Under the pieces are notes generated by a model. It was not told the origin of the DNA, made no database searches, and saw only the letters and a program-made list of their open reading frames with translations. Both the position numbers and the translations under genes were made by a program. A stretch of 63,930 nucleotides of DNA, filler included, from Octopus bimaculoides (taxonomy: Eukaryota): NCBI RefSeq assembly GCF_001194135.2. It is 5 parts of 5 records of this genome, joined end to end, with 100 filler letters (N's around TTAATTAATTAA, not from the genome) between each part and the next. Parts side by side here need not be neighbours in the genome. Positions count along the whole stretch, not along the records: positions 1 to 25,857 come from NC_068996.1; positions 25,958 to 52,501 come from NC_068990.1; 3 more parts are not named here. One strand, written 5' to 3'. Of this stretch, positions 25,268 to 36,046 are shown piece after piece (the stretch's first letter is position 1; each line of letters begins with the position of its first letter).

Positions 25268-25314
25268 CTCTTTGATGACGGGGTATAATTTTTATCGCTA
25301 AAACAGCTGTAAGG
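25268..25314 (+). ncRNA. Degenerate hammerhead-like motif
   Basis: ctct TTGATGA c ggggtataattt ttatcgct AAAAC agct GTA agg; same ACAGCTGT palindrome and GTA triplet as the 60.2-kb motifs; C3 and G12 mutated. Confidence 0.45.
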
Positions 25315-25518
25315 CCCCTTTTACTCTTTATAAATGTCCCAGAAATTTCACATTGCCTTGGCCTAGTTATTTCATTTTATTTATCATTTACATGCTCACA
25401 CATGACCCAACATAAACTCATCACTCATACTATTATTGAACCAGGAATTTAACAGCGGTCCTTCCATGACACTTACGTAGACTTACCTGCCTTTTGGGTT
25501 TTCTGGACACTAAATATA

Positions 25519-25857
25519 CATCATCATCATCATTTAATGTCTGCTTTCCATGCTAGCATGGGTTGGATGATTTGACTGAGGACTGGCAAACCAGATGGCT
25601 ACGCCAGGTTCCAATCTGATTTGGCAGAGTTTCTATATCTGGATGCCCTTCCTAATGCCAACCACTCCGAGATTGTAGTGGGTGCTTTTACGTGCCACCA
25701 GCATGAAGGCCAGTCAGGCAGTACTGGCAACTGCTCAAAATGGTGTATTTTATGTGCCACCTGCGCAGGAGCCAGTCCGACGGCACTGGCAATGACCTCA
25801 CTCGAATGTCTTTTCACATACCACCGGCACAAGTGCCAGGAAGGCGACGCTTGTAAC
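25519..25857 (-). mobile_element. RTE-clade LINE copy 4, 3' UTR/tail only, cut by a gap
   Basis: Near-identical to 13629-13960 (catcatcat..tttccatgctagcatgggttgga..ccaatctgatttggcagagtttcta). Confidence 0.9.
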
Positions 25858-25957
25858 NNNNNNNNNNNNNNNNNNNNNNNNNNNNNNNNNNNNNNNNNNN
25901 NTTAATTAATTAANNNNNNNNNNNNNNNNNNNNNNNNNNNNNNNNNNNNNNNNNNNN
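25858..25957. other. Artificial 100-bp scaffolding spacer (44 N + TTAATTAATTAA + 44 N)
   Basis: Identical structure at 52502-52601, 57426-57525 and 62818-62917. Confidence 0.97.
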
Positions 25958-26275
25958 ACTTATTCTCTGGATGCCTAGTACTTATTCTATTGGTCTCTTT
26001 TGCCGAACCGCTAAGTTACGGGGACGTAAACACACCACCATCGGATGTCAAGCGATGTTGAGGGGACATAGACACACAAATATATACACGCACATACATA
26101 TATATACATATATACAACGGGCTTCTTTCAGTTTCCGTCTACCAAATCCACTCACATGGCTTTGGTCGGCCCAAGCCTATAGTAGAAGACACTTGCCCAA
26201 GGTGCCACACAGTAGGAATGAACCCAGAACCATGTGGTTGGCAAGCAAGCTACTTACCACACAGCCACTCCTGCG
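25958..26275 (-). mobile_element. SINE family A, nearly full length
   Basis: Reverse complement gcaggagtggctgtgtggtaagtagcttgc..ggttctgggttcattcc (tRNA-like A/B boxes), internal (TA/TG)n, 3' body. tRNA-derived SINEs are known from Octopus; family name not verified. Confidence 0.92.
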
Positions 26276-26539
26276 GCTGAAAAATGACTAAATGCGAAAT
26301 TAAGGCAATAAGCATCGATACTTTAGTTGTCCAAATTGTAAGATACATTGTGAGATAAAATATCCAAATACGTGCTAAACAAATTCACTAGATTATACAA
26401 AGAAATAATGGAAATAATCAGCGCATTTAGAATGTATCTCCCAAGGTCTGAAATAGTGTCCACAGATGTTCACCATGGAATTAAAAAAACAATTAGAAAA
26501 TATCCAACGAAGAACTAGAAAATTATCTAGTGCAGAATG

Positions 26540-26720
26540 AAGGCAAATATATATAACATACAGAAAATTGCACTACTGGGCACTGCACACATCCTACGCA
26601 AAACACTTTCAATACAGTAACCATAAGAGCATCACAGCAAACCACAGCACATACCCAAGGCACACAGAGCTGCGCTCGATAGTGAAGTGAAAGCACGTTA
26701 TAAAAATAAAACTACTGAAC

Positions 26721-26777
<57 letters not shown>
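26540..26777 (+). mobile_element. R4/Dong-type LINE extreme 3' end with (AAT)n tail
   Basis: NIYNIQKIALLGTAHILRKTLSIQ* followed by a short UTR and (AAT)n at 26721-26777. Confidence 0.72.
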
Positions 26778-26778
<1 letters not shown>

Positions 26779-27062
26779 TTCTTGAGTACAGCACAGAATC
26801 AAACCCCACATTAGGGAATTATCAAATGCATGTAATGAAGCAGAATGCGGCAACTGTGAAATATGTAGATTTGAATAACTATATTTTCTCTTGGTTACCC
26901 ATACAAAAAATAAGTCAATATGAAAGATAGTGCTAAGACATACATCCACTGTAATGTATGCTAGCACTATGAAAATATCAATGGGAAAAGCAATTGTAAA
27001 AGAATACATGGTGGCATTTGAACACAGCACGTAAAAATTCTCGAGGAATACATCTGAACAAT

Positions 27063-27276
27063 GTTTTCTACAATTGGCACAGTGTCTGAAATTTTGGAGA
27101 CAGGTCTATTTGGTTACATCAACCAAAATGCAAAATGCTCAACTAGTACTTATTTGATCAACCTCCGAATAGATGAAAGGCAAAGTCGACTTCGGTGGAA
27201 TTTGAACTCAGAATGTGAAGACACAAAATGCCACTAAACATGTGTCGTTGGCGTAACATTTCTGCCGGTTGCTGCT
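27063..27276 (-). mobile_element. SINE family B
   Basis: gatgaaaggcaaagtcgacttcggtggaatttgaactcagaa matches 45555-45600 and the reverse complement of 61190-61235. Confidence 0.8.
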
Positions 27277-27304
27277 TTAATGTTACTAATTAATAAATTA
27301 TTCA

Positions 27305-27503
27305 TTTCAAGCTTTAGCTCAAGGCTAGCAATTTAGGACAAGGCGCAGGTCGATTACATCGACCTCAGTGTACTTATTTTATTGACTCCGAAAGGATGAA
27401 GGACAACGTGGACCTCAGTGGAATTTGAACTCATAACGTAAAGGCAGATGAAGTGCTGTTAAGCATTTGTGCGTGGCAGTAACGATTCTGTTAGCTCGCC
27501 ACC
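27305..27503 (-). mobile_element. SINE family B, second tandem copy
   Basis: cgaaaggatgaaggacaacgtggacctcagtggaatttgaactcataacgta..ttagctcgcc. Confidence 0.8.
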
Positions 27504-28689
27504 TTAACACTTCTAAATAATAATAAATTATTGTCTATTAAAATGTAAGCTCCGCTGCAGATTTATATCCACAAATCGTATTCCCAATAAGAAGATTATT
27601 TCTGCAGGCTTTTTATTTGCTTTTCAAAATACTTTTAGGGACAACTAAATCAATACATTTTTTTAAGTGTTCCATATAAATTCTGTTAGGTTAATACATT
27701 TATTAATGTTATTCTTTTTTGCTTCTTTTGTTTCAAAGTTCACTGATCTATAGTTATTGTAGTTTATTTCCATACACCATCAATCACGACTAAATTTAAA
27801 ATGTTTACTGCTTGAAGGTAAGCTTAGACTCTCTGCATTACTGTGAAGAAGCAAGTTTTAAAAAATATTTACTCTCCTTGATTTCTTTTATCTTTATATA
27901 GAAACATCCTATATGCTAAATAATATTAAAAAAATTAATAAAATTATCGTCAATAATACTCAAAAGTTATATACTTTTAATATCCCTGAGTTAAGAGCTA
28001 TCGATCAACACGTTCATGATTAAAATGCACACACTTGTCAACAGATATGCGCATGGATGCATACTCATAAATACAAATACACACATACTAGCAAGTACTC
28101 AGAAAGATATCCTCATACACGGCACAAACGAATGCACACGCATAAGATATATGAGGGTGTATTTATACAAAATCTTGATGCACTAGTACGTTGCTTAAAG
28201 CATTACGCACGTGCAAAGCATCTGCGATCTTTTAGATGCCATATACTGATGCATAGATAGAGACACTAAGAAGTGAATCGATCACTAGAGGGTGAGTTAA
28301 ATAAATTAATAAATTCAGGAGATGAGGGAACGACAAAGAGATGCAGTAAGAGATTAATGGAATATTTATAGTTAGGTAAATATCACAAACATGTGCGCCG
28401 TTGGATACAGCGGATCCATTTATTCAACGTTTTCGAACGGGAATAGCTGTAGAAACAAAAGAATAAATACAGAGGGTAGTATTAAGTCAATCTGTTTTGT
28501 TGCACTTTTGATTATTGTTTATCACAATATATACTCCCATCAACATGTATTTAAAGTGAATAGATTACGTGTTTGATAAGTCCATTTTCTGTATGTTAAT
28601 TTCTATCAATATTATATACAGTGAAGTGCACAACAATGACATAATGGTTTCAAAATTTGTTTTATATGTTCGCTCAAAGTAAGTTGTTT

Positions 28690-28850
28690 GGGGCTATTTG
28701 CCCATTACATCGACTTAAATACTTGATGGCTTCTCTATTTTATCGATCTTGAAAGAATGAAAGGCAAACCTAAGCGTGTCGAAGTTGAACTCATATTGTA
28801 AAGGGCCGAAAGGAATGCCGCTAAGTATTTTGTTCGGCGCGCTAACAGTC
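28690..28850 (-). mobile_element. SINE family B, decayed
   Basis: tatcgatcttgaaagaatgaaaggcaaa..gttgaactc..ccgctaagtattttgttcggcgcgctaac. Confidence 0.65.
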
Positions 28851-29915
28851 CCTAATAACTATTCCTCGAGGACAGAGCATAGATTTTGCTAAAATTCAAT
28901 GTAAATGATTTTGTAGTTGTTGTTACACGCAAATTTTCTATGCTTTGTGAAATTTCAAAACAAAATTATTTTTGGCACAAGAAAGAATAGTTCTATATAC
29001 ATTTTTAAAACTTAGTACAATGTCAAAATATGAATCAATAGTTATTTATAATGTTAAAAAAAGCACGAAACCTCATGTAAATTAATGGAGATATTATAGC
29101 ATATTGATTATACTGACAGAATTAATGCATACCACGTGCATTATATGACAGAAGGATCAAAAAGCCACATATCCCATACATATAATGTATATACACTTTT
29201 ATACATGCATATTTATACGTACCCATATGCATATTCAAAAGTGTGTGTGTAAATACATGCATACATATACACACAAACAGGCGCGCACACACACACACAC
29301 ACACACACATGGCTAGATAAAGAGCCAGGTGGTTATAAATGTGTTGTGTGCATATATATATATATAATACGGACATGTCATATTTGCACTGAACGTAAAT
29401 CATTCGAAGGGATCTAATGCGTGTCACAATACCACTGTATGTAATTAGTTTATTTTGAACTGCGACATTATTCTGAATGTCAAAAATAAACCGCAGCGAA
29501 GCCAATCTGTAAACATATACGTAGCATCATTCAATACATTGAACTATAACATGGTGTGTTATAGTTGAGTTGATATCATATTTACGCATATCAGAAATCA
29601 CCGGTTTAAATCTATTTCTATGTCCGTAGCAATATGATGTTGTGAAATATATCCTTTCACTGTGCAGAATGTATTTTTGTCACTGCTAATAGAGCCAGAT
29701 GCATGTAGTACTGAACATTTGGTGAACTATCGCAATTTGGAATTACATTTCCTGTCCAGAAACAGAATAGCATATTCGCTATGGTTTTCAGCTAGTATCT
29801 TTATCATTTGATATGAGTAATAACAAAGTTAATTTCTCGCTTTCTGTGACACAGCGTATTGAGCATTTTTGTTGTGGATCATTTCTCATCGTATTATGTT
29901 TAAAATGCAATTGTA

Positions 29916-30166
29916 TTGGGTTGGTGCATAATTATTGCGACCTTTTTCCAAGAAATTTTATTCAACAAAAACAATAACAATATTTAATAGAAACATCTTT
30001 AAATGGCGGTCTGACCGTCTGCCAAGCAAATGGGAAGCAGTAATTGAAGCAGATGGCGAATATGATCTGGAATAGGCATTTAAAGATGTTTTTGTTACAT
30101 GTTGTTATTGTTTTTGTTGAATAAAAGTTATTGAAAAAAATCTGCAATAATTATGCACCAACCCAA
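29916..30166 (+). mobile_element. Mariner-derived MITE with TA TSD and about 90-bp inverted arms
   Basis: TIR ttgggttggtgcataattattgc at both ends; TA at 29914-15 and 30167-68; central DRLPSKWEAVIEADGEYDLE* is a mariner C-terminus. Confidence 0.9.
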
Positions 30167-31448
30167 TAATAGCTGTAATCATATTATTGCCTTTTCACTA
30201 TTAGTAGGACCGATAACTAGCAAGTTGGATTGCAAGTGCTATATTACATTTATATATACATATTTTAAAAGAGATTATCTCCAAAGAATTTAAATTGAAT
30301 TTGGAAGATATATTGTACGATATTTAAAGTATACTTTCGAACAAAATTCTACAAAAACTTTTATAGAAGATAAACGATGAATAAGCAGACGAAGTACGAA
30401 GCTGAAGGCAAATTGCATCAGCGTTAAAGAGTACAAAAAGGAAAGATGGATCAACATTGACATACGCTGTACGAAATGATAGATTTCAACAATCCAGAAA
30501 ACATAACTTCTCACTTGCCCAATATAACAGATGAGTTCAGCACAGAGTATTTGGAATCTCAAAGAAAGAAGGGTGAAAGAAGTGAATAACGTCTGGGTAT
30601 TTTTGGAGGAATAGTGGTTCATTGATAAACACAGAAGGAAGTTTGTTTTTAACTCTAATAAATGTACAGATACGCACAGGCACACACACACACACACNNN
30701 NNNNNNNNNNNNNNNNNNNNNNNNNNNNNNNNNNNNNNNNNNNNNNNNNNNNNNNNNNNNNNNNNNNNNNNNNNNNNNNNNNNNNNNNNNNNNNNNNNNN
30801 NNNNNNNNNNNNNNNNNNNNNNNNNNNNNNNNNNNNNNNNNNNNNNNNNNNNNNNNNNNNNNNNNNNNNNNNNNNNNNNNNNNNNNNNNNNNNNNNNNNN
30901 NNNNNNNNNNNNNNNNNNNNNNNNNNNNNNNNNNNNNNNNNNNNNNNNNNNNNNNNNNNNNNNNNNNNNNNNNNNNNNNNNNNNNNNNNNNNNNNNNNNN
31001 NNNNNNNNNNNNNNNNNNNNNNNNNNNNNNNNNNNNNNNNNNNNNNNNNNNNNNNNNNNNNNNNNNNNNNNNNNNNNNNNNNNNNNNNNNNNNNNNNNNN
31101 NNNNNNNNNNNNNNNNNNNNNNNNNNNNNNNNNNNNNNNNNNNNNNNNNNNNNNNNNNNNNNNNNNNNNNNNNNNNNNNNNNNNNNNNNNNNNNNNNNNN
31201 NNNNNNNNNNNNNNNNNNNNNNNNNNNNNNNNNNNNNNNNNNNNNNNNNNNNNNNNNNNNNNNNNNNNNNNNNNNNNNNNNNNNNNNNNNNNNNNNNNNN
31301 NNNNNNNNNNNNNNNNNNNNNNNNNNNNNNNNNNNNNNNNNNNNNNNNNNNNNNNNNNNNNNNNNNNNNNNNNNNNNNNNNNNNNNNNNNNNNNNNNNNN
31401 NNNNNNNNNNNNNNNNNNNNNNNNNNNNNNNNATATATATATATATAT

Positions 31449-31854
31449 AATACCTCGTTCAGTGATTTAACAGTGCTTGTTTTCACTTTTTCGAGATCAG
31501 TGTATATTTTCACTGGAAAAAGTATATACGTATTTGCATCGGGACATTTTTCGTATCGAAGATCGGCGATTGTCGTACGCTGAGGACGGGTAAATACCTA
31601 GAAATTCGAGTCCGTGCGTATCGCAGATCAAGATGGGAAGGATGACTTCCCTTTGCAAATACAGACAGGACACAGATGTGTGTCAATAGCCAGCTGGAGG
31701 AGATGTTCTCATGTGGCTAAAAGCAACAGTAACATCCACCCGTAGGGGTCAGCCGCATTTAAGTGGCAAATATACTTCACCTTGTCGTGCAGTTACTGTT
31801 AATACCTCGTTCAAAAATTTAACATTGCTTGTTTTCACTTTTTCGGGATCAGTG
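31449..31854 (+). mobile_element. Retrozyme/Penelope-pLTR-like unit: 352-bp period bounded by 54-bp direct repeats, containing a hammerhead
   Basis: 31449-31502 vs 31801-31854 match at 49/54; no ORF; hammerhead at 31561-31629; several further hairpins. Confidence 0.7.
31561..31629 (+). ncRNA. Type I hammerhead ribozyme (best preserved in window), predicted cleavage after GUC at 31612
   Basis: Core CTGAGGA (31580-86), stem II gggt-aaat-acct, GAAA (31601-04), T-tcga-G, TC. Stem I cgtacg/cgtgcg extends through gcgat/atcgc and gatc/gatc. Folded by eye; activity untested. Confidence 0.8.
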
Positions 31855-33125
31855 CCTTAGAAGCGCTAAATTTTGGTGCTAAAATTACAGTATGTTTTTT
31901 GTTCTCTGACTACACTAGTTATATCCTCTATTGAATACACTCAACTGCAACATATTCCAGCATGGTTGTTGGGCGTCTAGCTGCTACAAAATGACCAAGT
32001 GTAAGGGAATTTTTTAAAATTTCTGTTGGTTTCCGAGGGATAAGATGTTTTGCGGTATATACTTAATGTTGATCTAATCGATTTCCCCCGCCAAAAATAG
32101 AATACCTGAAATTCATGTGGCAATGCGAAAACTAATGACTTTTTAATACTTTAGTGTACCTTTCTTGCTTTACACATTTACTGTAATAATAGTTCCGAAA
32201 GGTATCTTTGTCCTCATTCTCTCTTTGTCATTATTCTCTCTAACTTGCTGCCTTTCCTGGGTTTCATAGATATTTGCAAAAGTTTACATTAGGCATTATC
32301 TTGAGTTGCCTTCTCTTCTATTCTTATAATATTCTTCTCTTTTTAATCCCATCTGGTAAGACGTTTCTTTCATTTTTATTGTTTTGTAGAAAGTGACTGT
32401 AGTTATATTTCCCTGGGAGCTCCATATTCGTGTTGGATCTGATTTCCTTTGAAACGCACTTACGTACATCACTGATTTCTTAGGGAAAGCCAAAGGTATC
32501 ACAAAATACTTTTAAGCTCTTAATAGATTTCTGGGCTCTTATACGTAAAGTAAATAAATCGATTGCTTTCCTTATTATGGCCCTTTATTTTTAGTTTGAT
32601 TGCAGAAGACATGAATATGTCACGTGCTACACAGTTTAATACATTAACACACTTCTTGGCTAAAATGAAAGCTAACAACGTATATCAGATGGTATATACG
32701 CAATACAATAGACACTTCTCAACTCTTGCTTCATAAATCAGTGAATAGTGAAAGTCAAATGGAACACTAGCTCAGTTTCTAAAGATATTCATCAAATGCA
32801 CTTACATTTTCAATAAGCATCCTTTCTATTCTCTCCTTTATATAAGAGGAAGCAATGAACACTAAAACATATGTACAGGTTATACAAATAGAAATATACA
32901 CCTCAAACTGAATTTATATATGATTACTCTGCTATCTCTATAATCGCTCTTGGACGATTTAGTACAACTGAGAATACCAGTAAGACAAAATTTGTTCAAT
33001 ATAATACATATATATTGCGGATACAACTCAGTCGAGAACCATTCGACGAGAGATCGAGAGGGTTCTAAGTCATTCTCGAGTGACACCTTTATCTCGGAAT
33101 TATATTTCGAAAGTTTTATAGGCCC

Positions 33126-33290
33126 AGGCGTGGCTTAGCTGCGTGGGAAAAGTTTGCTTCTCAATCACGTGGTTCCGAGTCCTGTCCTACTGCGTGGTAC
33201 CTTTGACAAGTGTTTTCTATTAAAGCCACGCGCCGATCAAAGCCTTCTAAGTGGATTTAATAGTTGAAATTGAAATCCCGTTGTGTGAAT
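33126..33290 (+). mobile_element. SINE family A, 5' half, decayed
   Basis: aggcgtggc..tttgcttctcaatcacgtggttccgagt..ggtacctttgacaagtg..aaagccttctaagtggattt. Confidence 0.75.
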
Positions 33291-33772
33291 ATATATATAT
33301 ATATATAATAAGGGTGATAAATTGGATATTAACTTAATTAACACCAATTTAAAACCAGTGGCCTAGCACAAAGGAAATTCTGAAAATTCAGAAAAATTAT
33401 ATTACTTACATGTGAGTAGGGATGACCATTAAGTGGACATCCTTTACGCTAGAAATCGACCATCAACGGTCAAACCTCTTCTAGAGGAGAGAAGAAATTT
33501 GGAAAGATGTCANNNNNNNNNNNNNNNNNNNNNNNNNNNNNNNNNNNNNNNNNNNNNNNNNNNNNNNNNNNNNNNNNNNNNNNNNNNNNNNNNNNNNNNN
33601 NNNNNNNNNNNNNNNNNNNNNNNNNNNNNNNNNNNNNNNNNNNNNNNNNNNNNNNNNNNNNNNNNNNNNNNNNNNNNNNNNNNNNNNNNNNNNNNNNNNN
33701 NNNNNNNNNNNNNNNNNNNNNNNNNNNNNNNNNNNNNNNNNNNNNNNNNNNNNNNNNNNNNNNNNNNNNNNN

Positions 33773-34300
33773 AATGCGCTCTTCAGATGTTATGCACAAG
33801 GCAGCTGCTGAGCAAGAGTCTTGTTTGTGCTGAGCAAGAGTCTTGTTTGTGCTGAGCAAGAGTCTTGTTTGTGCTGAGCAAGAGTCTTGTTTGTGCTGAG
33901 CAAGAGTCTTGTTTGTGCTTGGCGCAAAAGATTATGCAGCAGCCGACCTGGCTGTATCAAGTGCAAACACATAAACTTGCTCACCACAGTGAAAGACCAC
34001 CACAATCAAGAAACTCGGGATGGCCTCGCCAACGCCTGCACAGTCGTCACGCCAATATTCTTGCTAAAGCCTGTTGCATCACAACAACGAAAGCAAAATC
34101 TTTTTTTCCTGCGAGACCTAGCTGCATATAATCAAGCCCTGTGCATAGCACTCGTGGAAACTAATCTGAGCTCTGATATTGAGGATGCAGTAGTACACGT
34201 ACCAAGATATAACATACTGGTGAAGTTGCTGTATACATCCGTGAGGACCTCACAGCCCAGGTCCTAGTGTCATACTCAAATTCAGTATGTAACACTGAGA
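33773..34300 (+). mobile_element. CR1-type LINE fragment (ORF1 Zn-finger end and APE start)
   Basis: LCSSRPGCIKCKH (CCCH-like) then LCIALVETNLSSDIEDAVVHVPRYNIL and VAVYIREDL (APE N-terminus). Confidence 0.7.
33807..33916. repeat. Perfect tandem repeat, 5 x 22 bp (gctgagcaagagtcttgtttgt)
   Basis: Five identical adjacent units, no spacers. Confidence 0.97.
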
Positions 34301-34624
34301 AAAAAAATTTAAGCGTATTGCGAGGATACACATATTCATAACATATAGATAAAAAAAAAGGAAAATTCAGGAAGTTCGGAAAATCAAAGCAAGAGATAAT
34401 TAAGAAGATATTCAAATGTAGAAATCTAAACTGTAACAAAGTCAGATAACCCGAGGCTCTAACATTTGCTGTAACTCAGTTGCCAGCCGACTAAAGAGGA
34501 AGTGATTTATGTGAGTAGCTTTGAGGCTATGAAACACTGATATTTTATTCACAACTTCCAACAATTTTACTTGTTCAAAACATCCTATTGACATAATTGA
34601 TTGGTGATTAAAAAAACTAAAATA

Positions 34625-35906
34625 TTTACAATTTAGACATGACCGAGGAAAGAAGCTTATATTCTTGTTTGTTAATGTTTCGGAAAAACAGTACCTATTG
34701 TATTACTATTTCTTAAATGTTTTATTTACTACAGAAAGCCTTTCAGTGTAATGTAACAGAATATAGAACTGGAAGAATTACAGAAAGTAGTCAAAAGAAA
34801 TAAATGTGTTTCAGAATCCTTCATTTCAAGAAATCAATATCCAGTCAGAGACACTTCAGAAGTTATCGCCTATTGGAGTATTTTACGTACCTGTTATAAT
34901 AGATGACGAATAGATATGATATGGGACAATGTGCATGAAGAAGATATTCTTGATCTCATGTAATTCTACCATTGATAATTAACATAACAGAATTATACAA
35001 TTAAAAGTTAGCCATTACCACAACAGATAATCCACATCAGGTGAGTTTTTTCATTTCTTGGGAGGCATAACCTGCTATGCCTACGATCTAACAAGGAGAC
35101 GATTTCTAATTTAATACTATTAACAGTGAAGAATATATTACAGTCTATAATTCATATCCTAGCAAAATTTAAATTAACACTTGTTTTATTTTAACTTGAT
35201 ATTCATATATGCTCTAATGGACATATAAAATATGATAGGAAACTAACGAAGAAAGTGTTACAATGCCTCCACTAGTCAAATGCATTAAACATTGTTTGCT
35301 AACTTGGTGAGGAAAACAGTCATTGTTTGAAATACAAAATAGGTAATCATGCTACTTGATTAATAGCAAACATTGATTTATACATAGGCTCACAGCAGTA
35401 TGAATAAGATATGTCGAGGGACAGAAATTATAATTAGATATGTTCACGCCAATCTAATGCAAGTTAACGATATCTGTAAAATAAATCTAAAGAGATCACG
35501 TATGAGTTTGGTTTACAGAAACAATATCACTCTTCGTATAATCAATGGGGTATACTAAGCACAAAAGAGAATGATGAATGATAAATAAAATTCTGAAATT
35601 GTCGTGTCTTTTTTAATGCTATGAACCCGATAATTAAATTGACATGGTTTCAACAATTAAACAAAAACCGGTAAGAGTTTCTATTTTTAAACAGCTGACC
35701 GTTATTAAAATTTGTAATTATAATATGATAAAAGTAAATATTTTAAACACAGTTGGTGTTTTAATTACTTCGGTGAAAAGATAACTTTATTAGTGATTCG
35801 CAAAAAATATGAATTTTTTAGATAATAAATGAAGTAAATTGGAAACACTCGCTTGTGTTGATGCCGAAACACATAGACACATACATACATATATAAGTAT
35901 GTATGC

Positions 35907-36004
<98 letters not shown>

Positions 36005-36046
36005 ACAATTTAGACATGACCGAGGAAAGAAGCTTATATTCTTGTT
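34625..36046. repeat. Exact 45-bp direct repeat pair (34625-34669 and 36002-36046)
   Basis: tttacaatttagacatgaccgaggaaagaagcttatattcttgtt occurs twice; the second copy lies between (GT)n and (AT)n tracts. Confidence 0.95.

Noticed and set aside
25958-26275. tRNA genes in the SINE heads (also 45446-45663, 61121-61352)
   Set aside because: A/B-box-like heads continue into multi-copy SINE bodies and do not form a complete cloverleaf.
30476-30589. MIDFNNPENITSHLPNITDEF.. as a GPCR N-terminus or transposase relic
   Set aside because: 37 codons ending in a stop; no continuing frame to support either reading.
33807-33916. Regular repeats as a CRISPR array
   Set aside because: No spacers, no cas genes, eukaryotic context.
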